A stretch of 38,296 nt of DNA from an uncultured delta proteobacterium (GTDB lineage Bacteria; Myxococcota_A; Polyangia; Polyangiales; Ga0077539): positions 1-38,296 of the forward strand of contig CAISKJ010001284.1 in assembly GCA_903885885.1 (NCBI GenBank), in the 5' to 3' direction. The position numbers were made by a program, and so were the translations under genes. The number at the start of each line of letters is the position of its first letter. Within the stretch, counting starts at the first letter, position 1. Shown here piece after piece: positions 29,001-36,328 of the stretch. The notes beneath the pieces are model-generated. The model worked only from the letters and a program-made list of their open reading frames with translations, did no database searches and had not been told where the DNA came from.

Positions 29001-30458
29001 TTACACGTCGAGGGGGCGTTGCACGAAGCCGTAGGAGGGCTCGCACCACAGGGCTTGCGGCACCACACCGTCAGGGGCGACGACGTGAAGCAGGTATGCC
29101 TGCGGATGTCCGGAGGCCACTTCACGCCATTCGGAGTCGTCGCCGACGCGAAGCGCGACGATCTGGTGCTCGATGTGGGCGAGCACCACAGGGCGCTCAC
29201 TGTTGGCGTTGGGAATCACCCAGGCGTCGGGACGCTTTCGGTTGTGGTGCGGAGGCGCAATGAACTGCCAGAGCGCCAGGGTGGCCGAGCCGTCGAGGGC
29301 GATGCGCGCGAGGGACATGCGACCGTCGACGCCCGTGGGGCCGAAGAGCAGGTCGACGGTGCCCGTGGGCTCTACCGCGACGGGCGGCATGCCCACGGCT
29401 GCGATGGCTTCGGGGTACGTTGCGAGGGTGACGGGACCCTGCGAGGTGCCGGTGTCGGGCCAGAGGGTCATGCGGGCGATGGCAGTGCCTTCGTGGCTGG
29501 CGAAGGCGAGCACGACGTCGACGACGCGGCCCTCATCGCGCTGCGTGGCGGTGGCGCACCACGTCGCGGGGAGCGTGTCGATGCCTGTGGGGAAGGCCAT
29601 CACCACGGGCTGCGCCGCGCGCGCGTGGCAGGTGATGACGAGGAGCGTGAATTGGCCCGCCGCGTCGAGGCCCGCCGCGAGAAACGATGCAGACTCGGTC
29701 TCGGTCTGCCAGCCTACCTCGTAGAGCGAGGCGCGCGGGAGCGGGAGGGTGGTCGGGGCGATGCGCATGAACACGGTCGCACACTGCGCGACACCCGCAG
29801 CGAAGACATTGTCGCCAAGGGTGGCGTACCAGCGGTTCTCTGCGCAGGGGGCGAAGCTCAACGCGGTGGCGATGGTCAGCGCGCGCACCCCTGCGGGCAG
29901 TCGGTCTCTCGCGAAGAGCTGTCCCGTGAGCGGGGCCTCTTCGTGGCCTGAGCGCTGATAGATCTCGGTTTGATTGCCCTGTGTGTGGTGGGCGAGCGTC
30001 AGGGTGAGCGCCTGGTCGCCTGGACACCAGCCGACGGCGAGGTCGATGACGTTCGGGGGCTGCACGGTGAGGGGGACGGCGGCCGATTCGATTGCGGCGC
30101 CCCGCGCGCGCCAGGATACAGAGAGCAGGTATGCGCCCGGTGCGATGTCGTCGGGGGCGAGCGCTCCGAGATCGTGCTTGCTCGTGAGCGTTGCGCCGGG
30201 GGCGAGGGTGACGTACTCGTAGCGCGGGGCGGGGGCGGAGTCTTGATTGCGCTCGCTGAGCGCAGCGAAGGCGCTCAGCGCGTAACGCCCGTCGCCCGTA
30301 GGCATATCACGGAGCGAGAACTCGTAGGGGCTCATCGCATCGGGGGAGGGCACCTCGACGGGGGCGTCTCCCCGGTTGGTGATGGCGACGGTCACCGGGA
30401 TGGAGCAAGCGACGAGCGCCTGCGTGGCCGCGGTCGAGACGATCAGCACGAGAGACAT
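29001..30458 (-). CDS. Lipoprotein, last gene of the effector operon (immunity/inhibitor candidate)
   Basis: MSLVLIVSTAATQALVAC (lipobox). It is the only protein of the six-gene operon with a signal peptide. The N-terminal segment (VTVAITNRGDAPVEV...YEFSLRD...) looks beta-sandwich-like. Confidence 0.6.
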   Translation of the reverse strand: MSLVLIVSTAATQALVACSIPVTVAITNRGDAPVEVPSPDAMSPYEFSLRDMPTGDGRYALSAFAALSERNQDSAPAPRYEYVTLAPGATLTSKHDLGALAPDDIAPGAYLLSVSWRARGAAIESAAVPLTVQPPNVIDLAVGWCPGDQALTLTLAHHTQGNQTEIYQRSGHEEAPLTGQLFARDRLPAGVRALTIATALSFAPCAENRWYATLGDNVFAAGVAQCATVFMRIAPTTLPLPRASLYEVGWQTETESASFLAAGLDAAGQFTLLVITCHARAAQPVVMAFPTGIDTLPATWCATATQRDEGRVVDVVLAFASHEGTAIARMTLWPDTGTSQGPVTLATYPEAIAAVGMPPVAVEPTGTVDLLFGPTGVDGRMSLARIALDGSATLALWQFIAPPHHNRKRPDAWVIPNANSERPVVLAHIEHQIVALRVGDDSEWREVASGHPQAYLLHVVAPDGVVPQALWCEPSYGFVQRPLDV

Positions 30459-30500
30459 AAACCGTGTTCTTTCATGCGCGCGAAGAGAGGTTCATGAGCT

Positions 30501-33500
30501 TTAGGGGTGGGCGAATTTATTGCCAGGGCCGCCCAGGCCGGTGACGCGCCAGCCGCGGTTGCGCAGCACACACACGCCGCAGAAGTAGCCGAGCTCGCCG
30601 TAGCGGCAGTCGGAGTAGCTCATGATGCAGCGCCGATCCCAGCGCTTGGCCTTGGGGTCGGCGTTGCCGCCGAGGCCGCCCCAGGTGACGTTGCTCACCT
30701 TCTCGTTGGCCGCGGTGTCGTGGAGGTTGTCTTTCTGGCCGGGGCCGTCACCCGCGTGCTCGAGGTGCCGATGGTGGCCCACCTCATGCGCCCACACCGA
30801 CTTGAGGCGATCTTCGGCCTCGCCTTCATAGAAGAGCCACGTGGCGCCGAGCGCGCCGCCCACGGCCGGGAGCGACATCGCGCTGCGGGTGAGGTATCCG
30901 CGGTCGGTGATTTTGCCCGCGGCTGCGGTCGCGGTCGTGCAGCCCGGTGAGGGGCAGTTGGTATTGTGCTTGGGGCCGTTGCTCGTAGCCTTCTTGAGGC
31001 CCCAGTAGCTGTGAACCGTCGTCCCGTTGCACTTGTACTGTGCGATGTAATAGGTCGGAGATGCCTTGAACTCCAGGAAGAGGTGCCCGCGCAGGTATCC
31101 CTTGCGCTCGGCCTCGCGCACGAAGGCCATGAGCAGGGCCGCGCGGAACTTCCGCCACGTCGCGGAGCAGATCGTGTCGAGCCAGGTGTTGAGCTCGCCC
31201 TGAGGCAGGTCGACGGTGGTCAGGTCGGGCCAGCCGAAGTCGTTCTGGTCGGCCCAGGGCCACAGGTGCTCTGCGTGGAGGGTGACCTTGTTCTTGTCCT
31301 TGAGTCCGGCCTTCGTGACGTTGCGTGTAACGATCTCTTTGAAGCGGGTCTTGTGCGTGTTGTTGCCGGGGTCGAACACTGCCGAGAGGGCGAGGGTGTT
31401 GGCGGTGCCGCCCTCGTGTACGAAGTACACGTGCGCCGCGCGATAGAACGCGCGAAAGGCGTTGATGAAGCTCGCGCCCCAGTTGCCGCCGCCGCTGCCC
31501 CAGCGAGAATAGGCGCGGAACGAGCTCCGTCGCCACACGCGCATCGCGGGGCCCGCCGCCTGCGGGCGCACCGGGTAGCGGGCCTTCAGGGCTTCCAGGT
31601 TGGGAAACTCATAGCCGTCGAACTTCTCGAAGCGGACCTCGGCGCGCACGCGGTACCCGTCGCCCGCGATGATCGAAGGTCGAAAGAACACCCCGGCGCG
31701 CCCGATGCTCTCTTCGAAGAGGTCGGTGTTCTTACGCTGCGCATCCGCGAGGTGGTCGTGGGCCACCGTGGCCATGCACTCCTTGTCGCCGATCGCCTTC
31801 GGCTTCCACGGCTTGAGGCTCAGGTCGCCATCGGAGAACACCGCCGTGTGGTAGCTCGCCGCGCTCGACGGTCGCACGCCCCCGAGGGCCTCGGTGCAGT
31901 TGATGTACACGGCTTCGCGCTTCGTGTCGGCCCGCGTGTGCTTCGCCTGGTTCTGCGCGAGGGCCCACTGCACGTAGCGCTGCGTGCGAACGAAGCTCTT
32001 GTCGTAATTGGCGTGGCCCGTGTCGATGGCGCTGAGATCGTAGGAGAGCTCGTCGACGGTCCAGTCGACGCGCACCGGACCGAGCGCCGCGCGCATCGTG
32101 TCGATGTCGTCGGTGGAGGGGTTCGCGTCGACGTCGTCGCCGAGGTGCTTGTCACGACTCATGAGCCGCGCCGTCGCCTGAAGAGGGATCCACGGCCGCG
32201 GGATCTCGGCGAGGTCGAGCGTGGTCTTGCCGTCACCTACCACCATGCCCCCGCGGTAATTCAAGAGCCCCATGCGCTCGCGCGGGGCGTTGCCCGAGAG
32301 GAAGGCGTTGCCCTGTTCGTCGAGGGCGGCGTCGGCCGCGGTGTTGTACTGCCGGTCGTCGACCCACACCACCACGTCGTCGAGCACGCGCTTGAGGGAT
32401 TGTTTGTAAGTGTCGTGCGCGAGGTCGGGCGCATCGCTGTTGCCGCGGATGCCCTGAATGTCACCGAAGACCGTGCGCTTGTCGCTCGCGCGAATGTGTT
32501 GAATGGCCTCGTAGAGGTCGCCGCTCTCGGCGGTGTCGATGGCCATTCGCTGATAGTCCGAGGTGGTCTTGTGGCGCGGCACCGAGCGCTTGAACTCGCG
32601 CAGGGCGCGCTCGTAGTGCTCGTTGGTCGAGCCCGTGACGGGCCCCGGGTGAAAGCCGAACTCGGCCAGCTTCATCTGGAGGTAGGCGGTGTCCGCGGTG
32701 GGGGCAACACCGAGCACCATGGGGGCGGGCTCGAGGATGAGGCTCGCGGGGGTCACCCGCGACTCGAACGCGAAGTGATCGGCGTCGACCGCGCCCGGCG
32801 CCACGTGCAGTCGCACCTCCGTGTGCATCGAGGCGAGGGCCAGCCCCTTCTCCTCGTGCGGCCCCGTGTGGGCGCGCACCTCGACGCGGTAGGGCATGTC
32901 GGCGGCGATGAGCGCGTCGCCGTCCTTGCTGTTCTTGATGCCCTCGGCGTAGGCGCCGTCCCAGTCGTCGATGGCGTGCTCCCCCTTGCCGACGAGCGCC
33001 TTCTTCAGCGGTCGTTCGAACACCACCTTGTGGTTCTTGTCGACGACGCGAACGATCCCCTCGGCGAGGCGCGAGGTCTCGCGCACCTCCCACTCGATCT
33101 TCAGCGACTCCTTCTTCGGCTCCTCCGTCGAGGTTCGCACCTTGTACACGTAGGGCGCGTTCTCGTTGTTGGCGTTGCCATCGGCGTCTACGCTGTTGGC
33201 GTCGTCGAGGTACGCCCCTTCGCCGTGCGTATTCTGAATCTCGCCGAGGTACTTCTTGTCCCATGTGAACGTGCGCTCACCAGACTTGAGCTGGTCGCCC
33301 TTGAGCACCGCGAAGAACACTCGGCGACCGCCCTTGTCGACCACCTCGACGGCGCCGCACACGACGTCCGCGGCGTTGGTCCATTTAAGCTCGATGGAGC
33401 CTCCCGCCGTGACGGTGGGCGTGTGCTCGGCCTTCGTCTCTTTGAACACAGGCCAGAAGGGCTTCACGAGCAGCAGGGCCTTCGCGTCGCTGGCCTCGCC

Positions 33501-34229
33501 GTCTTTGCGCGCGCGGAGCACAACCGTGTAGGGAGAGAACGCCACGTTGACGTAGCGCTCGCTGGCGGTGCCCGTCTTGCGCGAGAGCAGGCCCTTCTCG
33601 GTGTTGGCCTCGCCGGTCCAGCCGCCATCGGCCAGCGTGGTCTCTTCCGCCCGCTTCGCGCCCGAGATGTCTTTCTTGTAGATGGGCTCGTCGACGAGGT
33701 CGTCGGGCTTGCCCCAGGTGCCCAGGCCCTCGCTCCAGTCGGTACATTCGCAGTATTGGCTGCCAAACACCATGAAGTCGAGCTTGTCGGCGCAGGCCGC
33801 GAGGCCGTGCGCCACGTACTTCGCCTCGCACTTCTCCTTCTTCGGGATGAACCACCGGTCGAGCGCGCGGAAGCTCACCGCGGCCGCGGGCCGCGCGCGC
33901 TTCAGGTGCACCGTGTGGGTCTGCTTGGGGGCGAGGTCCGAAGTCCAGGCGGTCGGCACCTTGAGCTTGGGGGTGTCGAGCTTCGCGTCGGGCGTCATCG
34001 GGAGCCTGGACGGGTCGTCCTTGTGCGGCCCCGCCTGATCGGTGAGCTTGACGCCGATCGTCTCTACCAGCGCACGAACGACCTCGTCTCGCTCTGCGGT
34101 GCCGAAGTTGTACCGGGCGAGCGCCTTCCAATCGCTGACGCCTTTGGCCTGGGCGATGCTGCTCAGCGTGTCGCCCGCCTGCACGGTGTAGGCGTCGCTC
34201 GCGTCGTGTCTCTTGTAGATCTTTGTCAT
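30501..34229 (-). CDS. 1242-aa LysM / peptidoglycan-binding-like / metzincin-type zinc metalloprotease, no signal peptide
   Basis: LysM at the extreme N-terminus (YTVQAGDTLSSIAQAKGVSDWKALARYN). Two related beta-sandwich modules (…IELKWTNA..GAVEVVDKGGRRVFF… and …LKIEWEVR..GIVRVVDKNHKVVFE…). PG_binding_1-like helix pair (YLQMKLAEFGFHPGPVTGSTNEHYERALREFKRSV). C-terminal HEVGHHRHLEH (HExxHxxxxxH) followed by a Met-turn-like CIMSY. GGAGGGG RBS. Confidence 0.8.
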   Translation of the reverse strand: MTKIYKRHDASDAYTVQAGDTLSSIAQAKGVSDWKALARYNFGTAERDEVVRALVETIGVKLTDQAGPHKDDPSRLPMTPDAKLDTPKLKVPTAWTSDLAPKQTHTVHLKRARPAAAVSFRALDRWFIPKKEKCEAKYVAHGLAACADKLDFMVFGSQYCECTDWSEGLGTWGKPDDLVDEPIYKKDISGAKRAEETTLADGGWTGEANTEKGLLSRKTGTASERYVNVAFSPYTVVLRARKDGEASDAKALLLVKPFWPVFKETKAEHTPTVTAGGSIELKWTNAADVVCGAVEVVDKGGRRVFFAVLKGDQLKSGERTFTWDKKYLGEIQNTHGEGAYLDDANSVDADGNANNENAPYVYKVRTSTEEPKKESLKIEWEVRETSRLAEGIVRVVDKNHKVVFERPLKKALVGKGEHAIDDWDGAYAEGIKNSKDGDALIAADMPYRVEVRAHTGPHEEKGLALASMHTEVRLHVAPGAVDADHFAFESRVTPASLILEPAPMVLGVAPTADTAYLQMKLAEFGFHPGPVTGSTNEHYERALREFKRSVPRHKTTSDYQRMAIDTAESGDLYEAIQHIRASDKRTVFGDIQGIRGNSDAPDLAHDTYKQSLKRVLDDVVVWVDDRQYNTAADAALDEQGNAFLSGNAPRERMGLLNYRGGMVVGDGKTTLDLAEIPRPWIPLQATARLMSRDKHLGDDVDANPSTDDIDTMRAALGPVRVDWTVDELSYDLSAIDTGHANYDKSFVRTQRYVQWALAQNQAKHTRADTKREAVYINCTEALGGVRPSSAASYHTAVFSDGDLSLKPWKPKAIGDKECMATVAHDHLADAQRKNTDLFEESIGRAGVFFRPSIIAGDGYRVRAEVRFEKFDGYEFPNLEALKARYPVRPQAAGPAMRVWRRSSFRAYSRWGSGGGNWGASFINAFRAFYRAAHVYFVHEGGTANTLALSAVFDPGNNTHKTRFKEIVTRNVTKAGLKDKNKVTLHAEHLWPWADQNDFGWPDLTTVDLPQGELNTWLDTICSATWRKFRAALLMAFVREAERKGYLRGHLFLEFKASPTYYIAQYKCNGTTVHSYWGLKKATSNGPKHNTNCPSPGCTTATAAAGKITDRGYLTRSAMSLPAVGGALGATWLFYEGEAEDRLKSVWAHEVGHHRHLEHAGDGPGQKDNLHDTAANEKVSNVTWGGLGGNADPKAKRWDRRCIMSYSDCRYGELGYFCGVCVLRNRGWRVTGLGGPGNKFAHP

Positions 34230-34250
34230 CTGAGCTCGTGCCCCTCCGCG

Positions 34251-35045
34251 TTAGCCCGCGGACTCCAACGCGTCTACCCAGAACATCGGCTCCTCGGCTC
34301 CCTCTTCGGCCTCTTCGTCGTATGCGAGCTCGGTCACCTTGAAGGGGCCATCGCCGTTGGGAAACCGAGCCTTGTAGGCCCCCTGCGCGTCGGTGCTCAC
34401 GACGCGCTCGGCGAGGCCTGGCGGTACGAGTTTGATGGCGACACCCTCCACGGGCGTGCCCGGCGCGGGGCGCTCTCTCACCACGAGAGAAACCCAGACG
34501 GGCGGCTCGATGACAAAATACACCCAGCGCGACATCACCTCGCGGCGATACTCGCCAGGCGGGACGCGCAGCCGAAGCTTGTAGACCGCGCGGTCGTCGC
34601 CGAAATCGAAGGGGACGAGGGTGCTGAGGTCGAGCGAGTGCGAGCCGTTGGCGCTCGGGGGGCCGTCGTCCCACTGAAGGTCGTGCGTCCACACGGGCAG
34701 GAGCACGTTGGGGCGGTAGATCTCGATCGTCGCGCGGCGCGCGTGCGTGTGACCCTTCAAACGCCAGCCGATGGTCACGCTGCCTGAATCGACCTTGTAC
34801 CGAAGCCGGGTGGTGCTGTCGGCGGGCACCGTGGGGTGCGCATGCTGGGTGTAGGACGTGTCGTAGGTGTGCGTGCCCTGGGTGAGCGACAGCGCCTCGA
34901 CGCCGACCACACGACGCACGAAGGAGATACCTTTATGCAGGTCGTAGGCGGCGCGCGCTACAAGGCCCTTGCCGAGGTACTTATGGTCCGTGCTCTCGAC
35001 GTCGAGAAAACTGCTCCCGACGATGGCGGGTGGGGTCCAGGTCAT
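34251..35045 (-). CDS. Hypothetical protein with C-terminal transthyretin/CarboxypepD_reg-like segment
   Basis: AGGAG RBS 8 nt upstream. C-terminus VSLVVRERPAPGTPVEGVAIKLVP...STDAQGAYKARF. Acidic tail. No signal peptide. Confidence 0.55.
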   Translation of the reverse strand: MTWTPPAIVGSSFLDVESTDHKYLGKGLVARAAYDLHKGISFVRRVVGVEALSLTQGTHTYDTSYTQHAHPTVPADSTTRLRYKVDSGSVTIGWRLKGHTHARRATIEIYRPNVLLPVWTHDLQWDDGPPSANGSHSLDLSTLVPFDFGDDRAVYKLRLRVPPGEYRREVMSRWVYFVIEPPVWVSLVVRERPAPGTPVEGVAIKLVPPGLAERVVSTDAQGAYKARFPNGDGPFKVTELAYDEEAEEGAEEPMFWVDALESAG

Positions 35046-35078
35046 CGGTGCGACTCCTGTGGAGATGGCCGGAGGGCG

Positions 35079-35714
35079 CTATTCGGTCTCGTGGTTTCCG
35101 TGCAGCCGTGAGCGGGTCACGTCGTCGAGCTCGCCCGTGGGCTCCATCCCCTGCTGCCGCTGGAAGCGACGGAGCGCGTCGCGCGTCGGCTCGTCGAGCG
35201 CCCCCGTGCTGTGACAGGGAAAGCCGAGGTTGGAGAGGCGCGCCTGCACGCCCGTGAGCTCCTCGACGGGGTCGAGGTGGCCGAGCGCGAGGTCGTACTC
35301 CTCTTCGCGGTCGCCCTCGCCGATGGTGAGTTTCGCCGACTGGGCCTTCGGGGCGATGGACACCTCTACCCAGCCGTCGCCGTTGGTGGTCCCTTGTGAG
35401 ACCTGGCCGTCGACGCGCAGGGTGTAGGGCTCGTTGGCGCGGGGCTCGTCTTCCCACAGGAAGCGCATGCGCAGCTTCGCGGGCACCCCCTTGACCTTCC
35501 ACGTGTGCCGCGCGCCCGTCGGTCGCATGTACGACGTCATGCGCTTGTCGGGGATGGTCACCACGTCGCCCGCGAAGAGCACGTTGGGGTGGCGCCCGAG
35601 CTCATGCAGCCGCGCGTTGTCGGGGTGGTTCCACAGGGTCTGCCAGTAGAAGCCGTACTTCTCCGCGATGCTCGTGAGGCACTCGCCCTGTTGCACGCGA
35701 TGCGTCGTCGACAT
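35079..35714 (-). CDS. LysM + beta-sandwich + PG_binding_1-like protein (211 aa), no signal peptide
   Basis: N-terminal LysM (HRVQQGECLTSIAEKYGFYWQTLWNHPDN...GDVVTIP). Central beta-sandwich-like segment. C-terminus VQARLSNLGFPCHSTGALDEPTRDALRRFQRQQGMEPTGELDDVTRSRL is a classical PG_binding_1 pattern. Strong GGGAGGGAGAG RBS. Confidence 0.75.
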   Translation of the reverse strand: MSTTHRVQQGECLTSIAEKYGFYWQTLWNHPDNARLHELGRHPNVLFAGDVVTIPDKRMTSYMRPTGARHTWKVKGVPAKLRMRFLWEDEPRANEPYTLRVDGQVSQGTTNGDGWVEVSIAPKAQSAKLTIGEGDREEEYDLALGHLDPVEELTGVQARLSNLGFPCHSTGALDEPTRDALRRFQRQQGMEPTGELDDVTRSRLHGNHETE

Positions 35715-35730
35715 CAGTCTCTCCCTCCCG

Positions 35731-36324
35731 TCACTGCGGCTCTTCGCGGCTCTTGCGGAGATAGTCGCCCAGCCAGTGGAGCCGTCGCTGCACCTGCGTG
35801 TCGCGTTGCGACAGGGCGTCGTGTTCGAAGCGGTACTCGCCGATGGTGCTCGCCCGCTCGCCCTCGATGAAGAACCGGTCGACGGGGCCGAACACCTGAC
35901 GCAGCTCGTCGGGCGTGCAGGTGGGCAGGTAGGTGCGCAGCACGCGCGGGTCGTAGTACCGAAAGAGCAGCTTGCGGCCGGCCTCGTCTTGCACGCGCAA
36001 GATGCGACGAAAATGCTGGTGCAGCGCGGCCAGCGACGACGCCGGCGCGCGGAGGTAGACGCCCCATGCCTCACCCCACCCGCGGCGCAGGAGCTCGCGC
36101 GTGGCGTCGTCGTCGCGCGAGAGCCGCACGATCCACGGCGCGGCGCGCGCCAGCGAGGGCGACAGCTCGCCGATGAAGAGGCACCGGTGCTCGAGCTTCG
36201 ACCCCGTAATGATCGGGTGCACCTGCGGGTCGCGCGCCCCATCGAGAATGGCGTACGCCGACGCGTCGTCGCCCGCGGGCCACAGGCGCTCGCGCAGCTG
36301 CTCCATCGGGACCTCGTCGGCCAT
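35731..36324 (-). CDS. DUF4123-family protein (T6SS effector adaptor/chaperone-like, Tap/TEC type)
   Basis: AYAILDGARDP...AAPWIVRL...WGVYLRAPASSLAALHQHFRRILRVQDEAGRKLLFRYYDPRVLRTYL matches my memory of the DUF4123 signature (YALLDGA ... RFYDPRVL). Start set at MADEVPMEQ (36324), 4 nt after the upstream stop. Confidence 0.7.
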   Translation of the reverse strand: MADEVPMEQLRERLWPAGDDASAYAILDGARDPQVHPIITGSKLEHRCLFIGELSPSLARAAPWIVRLSRDDDATRELLRRGWGEAWGVYLRAPASSLAALHQHFRRILRVQDEAGRKLLFRYYDPRVLRTYLPTCTPDELRQVFGPVDRFFIEGERASTIGEYRFEHDALSQRDTQVQRRLHWLGDYLRKSREEPQ

Positions 36325-36328
36325 CGCC

